Source of the DNA: an uncultured Eubacteriales bacterium
Lineage (GTDB): Bacteria; Acidobacteriota; Aminicenantia; Aminicenantales; CALLJL01
Assembly: GCA_964627255.1 (NCBI GenBank)
Contig: CAZVIN010000083.1
Location: 86,114 to 150,113, forward strand
Direction of reading: 5' to 3'
Length of the DNA stretch: 64,000 bases
The notes beneath the pieces are model-generated. The model was given only the letters and a program-made list of their open reading frames with translations. It did not search any database and was not told the DNA's origin. The translations under genes and the position numbers were made by a program. Below, in pieces: positions 26,535 to 36,381 of this stretch. Positions within the stretch are counted from its first letter, which is position 1. Each line of letters starts with the position of its first letter.

Positions 26535-27716
26535 TTACTCTCTTAAATTGAGATAGCCACAATGGGTATCAATTTTACCGGTAGTGGCAAGGCGCACCAG
26601 CTTCTGAGCCACTTCTTTAAAATGCTCCACCTTTATGTCCCTTCCTCCCAAGCCATAGACATAATTGATGACCTTGGGTCTTCGGTCATAATCATAAAGA
26701 GCGGAGCGAATTTCAGTGAAAAGGGGTGCGCCGAAGGCGCCCGGACTGGATGAACGGTCCAAAACAGCCACTGCTAACTTATTTTTCAGGGCCTCAGCAA
26801 TTTTCTCATGCGGGAAAGGTCGGAAAACTCTGGGCTTCAGCAACCCAATTTTTAACCCCTCTTCTCGCAGTTCATCGACGGCGTCTTTGCCAGTGCCCGC
26901 CGCTGAACTCATAACAACAATTGCCAACTCCGCATCATCGAGACGGTAGCCCTCAAAAAAACCATAGCTTCGACCAAATTTTTGCTCAAATTCTAGGCCC
27001 ACTGCCTCGATTATCCGGGGCGAATTTTCGATACCTTCAATCTGGTTGCGCTTATGTTCGAAGTAATAATCAGTAAAATCGAGGGGGCCAACAGTGAAAC
27101 GACGGCTAGTATCCAAAAGCGGGTAAACAGGAAGATATTCACCGACAAACTGCCGCACCGCCTCATCGTCCTCGACCTGAACAATTTCAGTGGAATGGCT
27201 GATAATAAACCCGTCCAACCCAACCAGAACTGGGGTGCGGACCTCAGGATGCTCGGCAATCCGGAAAGCCTGGATAAAATTATCATAAGCTTCCTGACAA
27301 TTTTCAGAATAAATTTGAATCCAGCCAGAATCGCGAGCCCCCATAGTATCGCTATGGTCCCCATGAATGTTAATCGGGGCACTAAGAGCCCGGTTGACTA
27401 TGGCGGCCACTATGGGCAGGCGCAGCCCAGCCGCGATATAGAGCATCTCCCACATCAAAGCTAAACCCTGGGAGGAAGTGGCCGTCATCACTCTGCCTCC
27501 CGCCGCCGCCGCGCCAATGCAAACGCTCATGGCGCTATGTTCACTCTCCGGGCAAACAAACTCCCCTTTGAGGATGCCATCGGCCTTAAATTGAGCAATA
27601 GTTTCGACAATGGCCGTAGATGGAGTAATGGGATAAGCGGCCACCACATCCGGGTCTACTTGCCGAACGGCTTCGGCGATAGTTTGATTTCCGTTAAGTG
27701 GCTTAAAGGACTTCAT
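26535..27716 (-). CDS. porA: 2-oxoacid:ferredoxin oxidoreductase, alpha subunit
   Basis: 393 aa, typical POR domain I/II sequence. Follows the delta and gamma subunits in operon order. Confidence 0.8.
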   Translation of the reverse strand: MKSFKPLNGNQTIAEAVRQVDPDVVAAYPITPSTAIVETIAQFKADGILKGEFVCPESEHSAMSVCIGAAAAGGRVMTATSSQGLALMWEMLYIAAGLRLPIVAAIVNRALSAPINIHGDHSDTMGARDSGWIQIYSENCQEAYDNFIQAFRIAEHPEVRTPVLVGLDGFIISHSTEIVQVEDDEAVRQFVGEYLPVYPLLDTSRRFTVGPLDFTDYYFEHKRNQIEGIENSPRIIEAVGLEFEQKFGRSYGFFEGYRLDDAELAIVVMSSAAGTGKDAVDELREEGLKIGLLKPRVFRPFPHEKIAEALKNKLAVAVLDRSSSPGAFGAPLFTEIRSALYDYDRRPKVINYVYGLGGRDIKVEHFKEVAQKLVRLATTGKIDTHCGYLNLRE

Positions 27717-28027
27717 GATTTTCTCCCTTCACCCAGTTTGATTTCTTCAGGCACCATAATAATAGCCTTTTCTTTGGTAGGACATTCCTCCGCACAAAGG
27801 CCACAGCCAGTGCAATAATCATAATTGATACCGGCTACTTTATCCCCTTCGACTTTTATGGCAAAATGCGGACAATAAACCCAGCAGAAAAAACAATGGA
27901 TACAGTATTCAGGCCGGAATTCCGGTTTTCTCCCAGAGCGCCAGGTCCCGGTCAGGTTAGAAACCGAATTTCCGGCGTTGAGGTTAATGGTGCCGATGGT
28001 AAGTTCTTTCCAGGTTTCCTTTTTCAT
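27713..28027 (-). CDS. porD: 2-oxoacid:ferredoxin oxidoreductase, delta subunit (2x[4Fe-4S] ferredoxin)
   Basis: 'CIHCFFCWVYCP' and 'CTGCGLCAEECP' cluster motifs. 104 aa. Confidence 0.8.
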   Translation of the reverse strand: MKKETWKELTIGTINLNAGNSVSNLTGTWRSGRKPEFRPEYCIHCFFCWVYCPHFAIKVEGDKVAGINYDYCTGCGLCAEECPTKEKAIIMVPEEIKLGEGRKS

Positions 28028-28599
28028 CCTTCTTTTACCTCCTTAAAAGCTCGCTCCACCGTCCTTAAATTTCCTTCGACTAGTTCTTTCCGCAGTTTCT
28101 TGCTTAGCGAAGCTTTTAATTTCTCTTTAAACCTTTCTGGCTCCAGAAGCCCGGTAATTTTGATTAAAGCGGCGACCAAGGGAACGTTGGGAATTGGCCG
28201 ACCAATTTCCTCCCGGGCAATGGCATAGGCATCCAGAACATAGACTTTCCTCGAGTCAAGCCCTAATCGCTTTTTTAGTAAGGAAACATCAAAGGTGGTG
28301 TTAAAAAGAAAAAGAGCGTCGTCCTTAGCCCCTTCTGTGATGTCGATGAGCCCGAGCAAGCTGGGGTCAGTAACTACGACGATGTCGGGCTCATAAACCT
28401 GGCTATGAGTGCGGATGGGCTTAAGACTAATGCGATTAAAAGCTAGAATTGGCGCTCCCCTTTTTTCAGCTCCAAACTCGGGAAAGGCTTGAACATACTT
28501 TCCCTCCTCCGAAGCCAGAACATCGGCCAGAGTGACCGCGGCCGTCACTACTCCCTGGCCCGCTCGTCCGTGCCATCGGATTTCAATGGTCGACTTCAT
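28024..28599 (-). CDS. porG: 2-oxoacid:ferredoxin oxidoreductase, gamma subunit
   Basis: 'GRAGQGVVTA' POR-gamma motif. AGGAGG RBS 4 nt upstream of the Met at 28599; the ORF track extends to 28620. Confidence 0.75.
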   Translation of the reverse strand: MKSTIEIRWHGRAGQGVVTAAVTLADVLASEEGKYVQAFPEFGAEKRGAPILAFNRISLKPIRTHSQVYEPDIVVVTDPSLLGLIDITEGAKDDALFLFNTTFDVSLLKKRLGLDSRKVYVLDAYAIAREEIGRPIPNVPLVAALIKITGLLEPERFKEKLKASLSKKLRKELVEGNLRTVERAFKEVKEG

Positions 28600-28648
28600 T
28601 TGACCTCCTCTATTGAACAAATTTACGAGAAGAGAAATAATAAAATCT

Positions 28649-29254
28649 CTATTCTTTAATCTCTACTCTTCCCTCCAGCGCTCTCTTTATGGTTACTTGG
28701 TCAGCAAAATCCAGGTCGGAGCCGACAGGAAGGCCAGTGGCCAGACGAGTTACTTTGACCGGGAACTTTTTTAACAGGTTGACCAGAAAATAAGCAGTAG
28801 CTTCCCCTTCCGCCGTAGGATTCGTGGCCAAGATAATTTCCTTGAAAGAACCCTTTTCCAGGCGACGCAAAAGCTTATCCAGGTGTAATTCATCCGGACC
28901 TTTTCCCTTCAAAGGCGATAATGTTCCGAGCAGAACATGATACCGGCCGTGAAAAACCCCTGTCTTCTCTATAGAAGCAATATTATAGGGCTCTTCGACA
29001 ATGCATAACTGTTCGTTGTTACGTTGGGTGTCGGCGCAAAGGGGACAGGGGTCAATATGGGTAATACCGTTACAGATAGAGCAATAGAAGATTTTCCGCT
29101 TAGCCTCCCGGATAGTTTCAGCCAAGCGGTCAGCCTCCTCCAGGGGCAAAGATAGAAGATAGAAAGCCATCCTTTGAGCTGATTTGGCGCCTATGCCAGG
29201 AAACCTTTTTAAGGCTTCAATAAGTTGATAAAGAGGTTCGGTGTACTCAAACAT
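28649..29254 (-). CDS. recR: Recombination protein RecR
   Basis: Zinc finger 'CSICNGITHIDPCPLC'. Toprim region. 201 aa. Confidence 0.9.
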   Translation of the reverse strand: MFEYTEPLYQLIEALKRFPGIGAKSAQRMAFYLLSLPLEEADRLAETIREAKRKIFYCSICNGITHIDPCPLCADTQRNNEQLCIVEEPYNIASIEKTGVFHGRYHVLLGTLSPLKGKGPDELHLDKLLRRLEKGSFKEIILATNPTAEGEATAYFLVNLLKKFPVKVTRLATGLPVGSDLDFADQVTIKRALEGRVEIKE

Positions 29255-29568
29255 TAGAATAAACCTGGAATTTTTAGGTTAGCCCCCAAGGCCCCAAGTT
29301 TGTTGCTGACTTGTTCATCCACTCGGCTTGAGGCGTCATTAAAAGCGGCCAGAATTAAGTCCTGAAGCATTTCGCAGTCAGCTGAGTTAACTACCTCAGG
29401 GTCAAGACGGATAGAAATTAAATTCTTCTGGCCATTAAGAACCACCTGAACCATGCCGCCGCCGCTCGAGCCTTCGACGCGCATGGCAGCCAATTCTTGG
29501 GCCATTTTCTCCTGCATTTCTTTGGCCGATTGGAGCATTCTTTGTAAATCACCAATATTTTTAAACAT
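29254..29568 (-). CDS. ybaB: Nucleoid-associated protein YbaB/EbfC
   Basis: 104 aa, 'MFKNIGDLQRMLQSAKEMQEKMAQ...'. Conserved dnaX-ybaB-recR context. Confidence 0.85.
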   Translation of the reverse strand: MFKNIGDLQRMLQSAKEMQEKMAQELAAMRVEGSSGGGMVQVVLNGQKNLISIRLDPEVVNSADCEMLQDLILAAFNDASSRVDEQVSNKLGALGANLKIPGLF

Positions 29569-29570
29569 CC

Positions 29571-31118
29571 CTAAACCTCTTCCGTGTTTTCGGATTTCGG
29601 AATGGAGTCAATCGACACCACCCGGGCCTCAAAAAGAGACATAAAGGTCTGGATTGTTGGGTTACTCAAAACAGCCTCTTTTTCTGCAAGGTCTAATTTA
29701 GTCCTCGGCCTCCCTATTTCTCGAAACCTAGCCCGAGCGTCCTCTCCATCCTTTTTTTTATCTTCTCTTTCGTCGGCTGCGGGAAAATTGGTTTTGGCTT
29801 TTAGCTCACCAGAACCAAGTTCCTTTTTTGCCGCCCACTCCCCCGAAATAGTTTTTTCGGCCTTTTCGAGCTGCCTTTCAATAACAGGCCTGGACGCGGT
29901 TTCGACGTTAATATTGACTTTCGTTTCCGTTAAAGAGCTCTCGAGCGGGCTCAAACCCGAGGCCTCTAAAAAGGCCCTCCCCTTCCCCTCTTCAAGCGAA
30001 GAAAAAATTTCTTTGAGGGAAACAAGGTGAGGCAGGTGGCTAAGTTTGATAAATAAAGTCTCGAGATAAATCTGCGGATGGGAAGTATATTTAAGTCCCA
30101 CCTCAGCTTGAAGCAGGGTTTGAAGATAGCGGAGTAAGTCGATAGCCGAGGCTTTCTCAGCTTCTCTTTCCAAGCAGCGTAGCTCCTCGGGTGTCTGAGA
30201 AAGAAGCTCGGCGTCAGCCTGGAGAGTCTTGATTAGAAGAAGGTTTCGAAAGTGCTTGACTACTTGCTCATAAAACAGCCGCAGGTCATAACCCTGCGTT
30301 AAAATTTTATGGATAAAAGTAAAGACCTTCTCGGTTTTACCCTCCAGGATTATCTCGGAGGCCTCGAAAAGAGTTCCTCGAGGTACCAGACCCAAAATCT
30401 CTTTAAGTTGTTCCTCATTGACCTCAGGGCCACCAAAGGCCACGGCTTTGTCTAAAAGACTCTCAGCATCTCGCAAGCTTCCGTCAGCTGCTTCCGCAAT
30501 GAGCTGGGCGCCAAACCTGGAAAGAGCAATTCTTTCTTTTTCCGCGATAAAAAGGAGGTGCTCCAGAATATCCTTCGGAGAGAGCCGCCTGAATTCAAAG
30601 TGCTGGCAACGAGAAACGATGGTTGGAGGAACCTTATGAAACTCGGTCGTGGCGAAGATGAAAACCGTGCTCTCTGGCGGCTCTTCTAAGGTTTTAAGCA
30701 AAGCGTTAAAGGCGGTCGTCGAAAGCATATGGACTTCATCGATAATAATGACTTTAAACCGGCTCTGAAGGGGCTTAACCTGGGCGGTATCGCGAATCGG
30801 GCCAATCTCTTCTACTTTCCTGTTGGAGGCGCCGTCAATTTCTAAAACATCGACTGACCTATCCTCACGAATAGCCACGCAGGAAGGACAAGCGTTACAG
30901 GGATTGGAGGTCGGGCCATGAACACAATTGAGCGCTTTAGCTAAGATTCGGGCGACAGTGGTTTTGCCAACTCCCCGCATCCCTGAAAAAATATAGGCTT
31001 GGGCCAATCGACCAGAATCAAGGGCGTTACGTAAAGTCTGAACAACGGTTCTCTGACCAACAACTTCATCGAAGGTTTGTGGCCTATACTTACGCGCCAA
31101 AATTTGATAGGCTTGCAT
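29571..31118 (-). CDS. dnaX: DNA polymerase III subunit gamma/tau
   Basis: Walker A 'GMRGVGKTTVARILAK'. Zn module 'CVHGPTSNPCNACPSC'. 'SRC' sensor motif. Confidence 0.9.
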   Translation of the reverse strand: MQAYQILARKYRPQTFDEVVGQRTVVQTLRNALDSGRLAQAYIFSGMRGVGKTTVARILAKALNCVHGPTSNPCNACPSCVAIREDRSVDVLEIDGASNRKVEEIGPIRDTAQVKPLQSRFKVIIIDEVHMLSTTAFNALLKTLEEPPESTVFIFATTEFHKVPPTIVSRCQHFEFRRLSPKDILEHLLFIAEKERIALSRFGAQLIAEAADGSLRDAESLLDKAVAFGGPEVNEEQLKEILGLVPRGTLFEASEIILEGKTEKVFTFIHKILTQGYDLRLFYEQVVKHFRNLLLIKTLQADAELLSQTPEELRCLEREAEKASAIDLLRYLQTLLQAEVGLKYTSHPQIYLETLFIKLSHLPHLVSLKEIFSSLEEGKGRAFLEASGLSPLESSLTETKVNINVETASRPVIERQLEKAEKTISGEWAAKKELGSGELKAKTNFPAADEREDKKKDGEDARARFREIGRPRTKLDLAEKEAVLSNPTIQTFMSLFEARVVSIDSIPKSENTEEV

Positions 31119-31189
31119 TTTCGCTATCCGGGGGAAAGCCTTTTCTTTCCCTAAAAATTAAACTATATGATAACATAGCCGCCAAGGAT

Positions 31190-32095
31190 TTGAAAATATT
31201 GACTCAAAAAAAATTAGTCCAGCAAAATGGGCATCCGGCCTTTTCTGGGGTCCTAGCTGCTCATTTTGCCACCCTGCTTTTTGGCCTGGCGGGGTTGTTT
31301 GGCAAGTGGGTCAAAGAACCGGCCCAGGTCATTGTTTTTGGCCGGGTTTTCTTCGCCAGCCTAAGCTTAGCTCTTTGTGTTCGCCTTTTCCATCTCCGCT
31401 TAAAACCAGCTAACAGGAGCGACGGGCTCCATCTTTTTGGCTTGGGAGCCCTTCTCGCTTTCCATTGGGTAGCCTTTTTTCACTCTATTCAGGTATCAAC
31501 TGTAGCTATAGGACTGCTGGCTTATTCGACCTTCCCTGTCTTCACTACTTTTTTAGAACCTCTTTGGCTTAAGGAAAAGTTTCGGCCAGATACTCTGGTC
31601 GGGGCCGCGTTTTGTCTTTTTGGGGTTTTTTGGCTTGTTCCCTCTTTCAACCCAACTCAACCCGCTTTCCAAGGCGTCTTTTGGGGTCTTTGGGCCGGTT
31701 TTAGTTTTGCCCTACTTTCGGTTGCCAACCGCCGCCTGGCTCGTAGATATAACAGCTTAGTCATTGCGTTTTATCAAGACGCGGGGGCGACTATTTTTCT
31801 TTTACCCTTGGTTCTCCTCAACCAGCCTTTGCCTTCTTATCCTGACTTGGCCCGTTTAGTCTTCTTAGGTGTTATTTGCACGGCAGGAGCTCATTCCCTG
31901 TTTATTCAAGCGATGAAAAAAATAACTGCGGCCACGGCGGCGGTTATTAGTTCCTTAGAGCCCGTTTATGGGATTATTTTAGCCTTTTTTTTATTAAAAG
32001 AAATACCGTCGACAAGGACGGTGGGCGGCGGCATAATCATCTTGGCTTCAGTTTTATTAATTACCTGGCGCTCCTCTAAACAGCCTAAAAATTAA
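31190..32095 (+). CDS. EamA/DMT-family transporter (10 TM)
   Basis: Two EamA-like hydrophobic halves. The ORF track starts at 31079 inside dnaX; there is no in-frame ATG, so a TTG start near 31190-31199 is proposed (start uncertain). Confidence 0.55.
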   Translation: MKILTQKKLVQQNGHPAFSGVLAAHFATLLFGLAGLFGKWVKEPAQVIVFGRVFFASLSLALCVRLFHLRLKPANRSDGLHLFGLGALLAFHWVAFFHSIQVSTVAIGLLAYSTFPVFTTFLEPLWLKEKFRPDTLVGAAFCLFGVFWLVPSFNPTQPAFQGVFWGLWAGFSFALLSVANRRLARRYNSLVIAFYQDAGATIFLLPLVLLNQPLPSYPDLARLVFLGVICTAGAHSLFIQAMKKITAATAAVISSLEPVYGIILAFFLLKEIPSTRTVGGGIIILASVLLITWRSSKQPKN

Positions 32096-33242
32096 TCCTT
32101 TCTTTCTTCTTTCTGACGGGCTCGCCGCCTATTTTCTTTTTCTCTTCTTCCTGGCGCTGAGACAGCTCGCTTTTTTCTTCTTGATGCTGTTTTTTTAATT
32201 GTTCCAACTGGATTTGATACCGGCGTTCGACTTCCTGTTTAACCTTTGGGTCCTGGGCCTTGTTTTTTTCTTCCTCCATTTTCCTCTGCAAATATGATTC
32301 TTCTTCTCGCTGCGACCTCTCTAAGGTCCGGCGCTCGAGCTCTAATTCTTGCCAGCGGGTTGCAGGAATTCTCTCCTGGGCTAATTGTTCATGAACTTTT
32401 TCGGGGTCAACAATCTCCTTAGGCTTGGCCAATTCATCTTTGATGACCTCAGGTTTGTGGACCGCGACGGTGGTAAGAGTAATAACTTCTCGTGTCGGCC
32501 GCAACGCCGGCCTTATCTCGTATTTCCTAACTTCTGACTTCGTCCATTTTTGGATAAGCTCTGGCGCCACGCCTTCATTATAAATTGTCGCTCCCCTTGC
32601 AGCTAAGCTTCGTTTATTAACTACAAAATTAAAAACAGTTCGGTTTCGTTCCACTGGCAATATGTACCTGTCAAGATAGTCAGTCGTAAAATATCTTCCC
32701 TCCACGAATACCCAGGCCTGGGGCAAGGGCTCTAATCGCCAGACAGAAAAGCCAACTCCAGGGACCCACTCGACATCGGGAGGGACAGGAGCCCAGCCTA
32801 TATAAAGCTCTCCCCAGGTCCAGATAACCCAGGCCGGAGCCCAAATGGTCCCTGGAACCCAGAACCAGCCGATTCGCTCGTGCCAGCCCCACCGACCATA
32901 ATGGAAAGTCAGCCAACCCCATTCATAATTAGAAACCCACAGCCAGCCGAAATCAGTCCAGACCCAACGGCCATAGGTATAAGGACGCCATCTATACGAC
33001 ACTCGCCGTGGTACCCAAACATGTCCGTAGGGCGAAAGATAAATCCAGTAACCGTAAGGAGATAAATAATCATAAACAAAGGAAAGCCTCACCTGGTTGA
33101 CTCTTTCCCCTACTTCAGGAGGAGTATAAGGCTCTCTCTCTCGGCCTGGTCCTTCTTCGTAGGGTATGTAAATAACACAACTGACCATTAAAACCAAAAG
33201 GCCTAACCCCCCTATTCTTGACGAAATTCTTTTATTTTTCAT
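32085..33242 (-). CDS. Secreted/lipo-protein with Trp/Tyr/Gly-rich tandem repeats and a Glu/Lys/Arg-rich coiled-coil C-terminus; function unknown
   Basis: Signal peptide 'LGLLVLMVSC'. About 120 aa of repeats of the form YGxWxWxxxxxGWxWVP ('YGYWIYLSPYGHVWVP', 'YTYGRWVWTDFGWLWVS', 'YEWGWLTFHYGRWGWHERIGWFWVPG', 'WAPAWVIWTWGELYIGWAPVP'). Highly charged tail (QREEESYLQRKMEEEKNK...). Confidence 0.6.
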   Translation of the reverse strand: MKNKRISSRIGGLGLLVLMVSCVIYIPYEEGPGREREPYTPPEVGERVNQVRLSFVYDYLSPYGYWIYLSPYGHVWVPRRVSYRWRPYTYGRWVWTDFGWLWVSNYEWGWLTFHYGRWGWHERIGWFWVPGTIWAPAWVIWTWGELYIGWAPVPPDVEWVPGVGFSVWRLEPLPQAWVFVEGRYFTTDYLDRYILPVERNRTVFNFVVNKRSLAARGATIYNEGVAPELIQKWTKSEVRKYEIRPALRPTREVITLTTVAVHKPEVIKDELAKPKEIVDPEKVHEQLAQERIPATRWQELELERRTLERSQREEESYLQRKMEEEKNKAQDPKVKQEVERRYQIQLEQLKKQHQEEKSELSQRQEEEKKKIGGEPVRKKKERINF

Positions 33243-33903
33243 AGCTTTACCTTCCTCCGAAGTTTATTCCTTGAAAATCAACTGCAAAATTCAGGCCAGG
33301 TTTTTTAAGCATTTTTCCCCCGGAGATAAAAATATAATGTCCTTTTTTGATGACAATCCCTCTTAAATTTAAAATTATGACCTCTTTCTCTTTCATCTGG
33401 TCCAGTTTTGAGCATAAATCTTTGATGCCTGGCATAATTGTTGAGACAGTTCCTTATTCCTATTCTTAGGCTACAAAACATAACTATTTTTTTCAATACG
33501 CTTTTTCTAACCGGCTTGCACACAAAAATAAGGGATGGCACAAGCAACCATAGAACATTTAGCCTTCCCCAGAGCCGTTCGAGCAAACCTCTGGCCGTCG
33601 AGGGTGTTTGATTAGAAATTAGCCAGAGGAGACAATAAAAATTGGTGCCAGCAGTTCACCAGGTAAAAGATATATAACATGCTACACATCTGCCTATTTA
33701 ACTGACCTTTATAAAGCTGGCCAAAGGGAATGGTCAAGAAGAGGTAGATGGCTTTGAGCTTACCTTTGTGACCAGGGTGGCAAGCGTTACAGGCTCAGAC
33801 AAGGACAAAGGCGGAATGGCGTAAAAAACCTGAAAGGAAGCGAAGTCATTCCGTTCGCCTCATTGCCTAACCTCCACGAGAGAGAAAGAAACTGTGTTTC
33901 TTT

Positions 33904-35109
33904 TCAACTAAGCTGGCGAAAAACCCTTTTCACTTGCTTAAACGCCCAGCGTAGCTCTTTCTCTTTGATCACGAGCGGCGGAGCGAAGCGAATTACGTGG
34001 TCATGGGTTTCTTTACAAAGCAGGCCAGCCTCTTTCAGCGCCTCACAAAAACGGCGGGCTCCTCCCGCCTCTGGTTTGAGTTCAATTCCGATAAGCAGCC
34101 CCCGGCCCCTTGCTTCTTTAATATGAGGACTTTTAATTGTTTTCAACTGGTCTAAGAAATATTTCCCCAAGGTAGAAGCTCTCTCCGGTAGGTTCTCTTC
34201 CTTGATTACTTTAATGGCCTCGCGAGCCACAGCACAGGCTAAGGGATTGCCGCCAAAAGTCGACCCATGTTCGCCTGGTTTAAAAACACCCATAATCTCC
34301 CGGCTGGAAAGAGTGGCTGATATGGGGACAAAACCCCCTCCCAAGGACTTGCCGATAACGACAACATCGGGCCTTATTTCTTCATATTCACTGGCTAATA
34401 GTTTGCCAACCCGGCCCAAGCCGGTTTGGATTTCATCGGCGATAAAAAGAACCTTGTTTTGCTGACAGATTTCGTAAGCTTTTTTCAGATAGCCAGGAGG
34501 AGGAATAATAATTCCGGCTTCTGCCTGGATTGGCTCAACTAAAAAGGCCGCCGTATTGAGGCTTATGGCCGCTTTCAAAGCCTCGATATTGCCATAGGGT
34601 ATTACTCTAAATCCAGGAGTAAAGGGCCCGAATTCGTTTCGATAAAGAGGCTCGGTAGAGAAGCTAATTATGCTGATTGTTCGGCCATGAAAATTATTAG
34701 CGCAGGCAATAATCTCGGCCTGGTCAGGGGGCACGCCTTTTTTTTGATAGGCCCATTTGCGGGCTATCTTAAGAGCTGTTTCCACGGCTTCGGCTCCCGA
34801 ATTCATCGGCAGGACCATTTCATAACCCAAAAGCTCACAGAGTTCTTTGGCCAGCAGCGGCCATTGGTCATTGCGAAAGGCCCTGGAAGTTAAAGTTAAT
34901 TTCTTGGCCTGTTGTTGTAACCTTTTGACTAACCGCGGATGGCAATGTCCTTGGTTAACGGCCGAATAGCCGCTTAAACAATCCAAATATTTTTTCCCTT
35001 CTACGTCCCAGACCCAGGCTCCTTTTCCTTGAGCCAAAACGACATCAAGAGGATGGTAGTTATGAGCTCCATAGATGTCTTCAATTACTATAAAATCCTT
35101 AGTGTCCAT
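33904..35109 (-). CDS. rocD: Ornithine aminotransferase (class III PLP aminotransferase)
   Basis: 'YSAVNQGHCHP' is the OAT signature. PLP lysine context 'FIADEIQTGLGRVGK'. Confidence 0.8.
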   Translation of the reverse strand: MDTKDFIVIEDIYGAHNYHPLDVVLAQGKGAWVWDVEGKKYLDCLSGYSAVNQGHCHPRLVKRLQQQAKKLTLTSRAFRNDQWPLLAKELCELLGYEMVLPMNSGAEAVETALKIARKWAYQKKGVPPDQAEIIACANNFHGRTISIISFSTEPLYRNEFGPFTPGFRVIPYGNIEALKAAISLNTAAFLVEPIQAEAGIIIPPPGYLKKAYEICQQNKVLFIADEIQTGLGRVGKLLASEYEEIRPDVVVIGKSLGGGFVPISATLSSREIMGVFKPGEHGSTFGGNPLACAVAREAIKVIKEENLPERASTLGKYFLDQLKTIKSPHIKEARGRGLLIGIELKPEAGGARRFCEALKEAGLLCKETHDHVIRFAPPLVIKEKELRWAFKQVKRVFRQLS

Positions 35110-35171
35110 AAGAAACTCCTTTCTTTGGCGCTAAATAGCGGGTTTTAAAATAATCTATCCTGACCTAAGGC

Positions 35172-35265
<94 letters not shown>

Positions 35266-35360
35266 GTCTGAGGAAAATGGAGGAAGTCGCTCCTGACCCT
35301 TTAAGCCAGGAAACTTAGGTTATCAAAAAATAGCCTTCAGGTCAATTTAGCCTTTTCAGG

Positions 35361-36380
35361 CTAAAATCGATGATAGATGTTAATAATATCCTTAAGTAAA
35401 GCGGCTGCGGCTCCCCGCGGGTCAGATTGACCGCCAATGAGAGTTATAGTACCCATGGAGTCGGTGACGAAAGATATGCCTTTATTTGTTCCGTCGACAA
35501 AAAAAAGAGCGTGCGAGGGGTTAAGGAGTTCTGGCCTAACCTTAGCCCTGATTGAATCATTCTGTTTCCAGAGAGAACCGATAAGCTTAAATTTTAGTCC
35601 TTTTTGTTTTGCCCTCCTTAACTCTTCAGGGGTAAGCTGGTTAATTCCCACTACTGCCATTTCCTCGAGCTTCAGACAGACCCCAAAAAAAGCGGCTGAA
35701 AGGAGGGCTAATTTGACCGCTGTGTCCCAGCCCTCCACATCATAAGCCGGGTTCTTTTCGGCAATACCTTTTTCCTGGGCTTCCTTTAAGGCCTCGGAAT
35801 AAGAAGACCCTTCGGCCATCCGCGTCAGGAGGTAATTAGAAGTTCCGTTAAGGATACCTTCTACCCGCCTAATTTCTGCGCCCGCCAAGGAAATAAGGCC
35901 GACATCAAGGGCCGGCAGAGCAGCGGCCGTGGCCCCGCTAAATTTGAGCCGAAGATTGTTTTCCTTAGCCAAATTATGAAGCTCGGAGAAATAAACCAGA
36001 AGCGGTCCTTTGTTGGCAGTCACCACGTGCCAGCCTGAAGTAAGGGCTTTTTTTATATGGTCATAGCCTGGCTGACCGGTTTTCAGGTCAGAAGTAGTTA
36101 CTTCAACCATGACGCCCGGTGTCCCTTGGTGGAGTAAGGAATCAAGCGATGGCCGACTGCTCCAGGAGCCTGGGTCATTTATTTTATTTACCAAGGCTCT
36201 TTTATCCAAATTCTCTACTTTCTCATCAAGAAGCAAGGCTGAAGAGCGCCGCAAAATCGCCTTGAGGCTGAAAGCGAGGCCGTATTTTTCCCTCAATTCA
36301 GCTGCTTTGGCGGCTAACAATTCGGCAAAGGCCCGGCCGACAGGACCAAAGCCGACCAGAATAATGGGAAAAGTTTTCAT
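35361..36380 (-). CDS. Homoserine dehydrogenase-like NAD(P)-dependent dehydrogenase (short form, no ACT domain)
   Basis: Rossmann N-terminus 'ILVGFGPVGRAF'. 'GTSNYLLTRMAEG...AQEKGIAEKNPAYDVEGWDTAVKLALL' resembles the Hom catalytic/dimerisation region. Start taken at the internal Met (MKTFPI). Confidence 0.5.
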   Translation of the reverse strand: MKTFPIILVGFGPVGRAFAELLAAKAAELREKYGLAFSLKAILRRSSALLLDEKVENLDKRALVNKINDPGSWSSRPSLDSLLHQGTPGVMVEVTTSDLKTGQPGYDHIKKALTSGWHVVTANKGPLLVYFSELHNLAKENNLRLKFSGATAAALPALDVGLISLAGAEIRRVEGILNGTSNYLLTRMAEGSSYSEALKEAQEKGIAEKNPAYDVEGWDTAVKLALLSAAFFGVCLKLEEMAVVGINQLTPEELRRAKQKGLKFKLIGSLWKQNDSIRAKVRPELLNPSHALFFVDGTNKGISFVTDSMGTITLIGGQSDPRGAAAALLKDIINIYHRF

Positions 36381-36381
36381 C

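Noticed and set aside
31079-31189. Upstream extension of the EamA transporter ORF
   Set aside because: It would overlap the dnaX start codon region by 40 nt on the opposite strand, and it encodes a non-hydrophobic leader. A TTG start near 31190 is more plausible.
33428-33442. Sigma-54-like -24/-12 element TGGCATAATTGTTGA
   Set aside because: The -12 element is TTGA rather than TTGC, and it is on the plus strand where no gene follows.
33305-33586. 93-aa and 62-aa minus-strand ORFs in the 660-bp gap upstream of the Trp-rich protein gene
   Set aside because: No RBS or motif support. The region is more plausibly promoter/leader.
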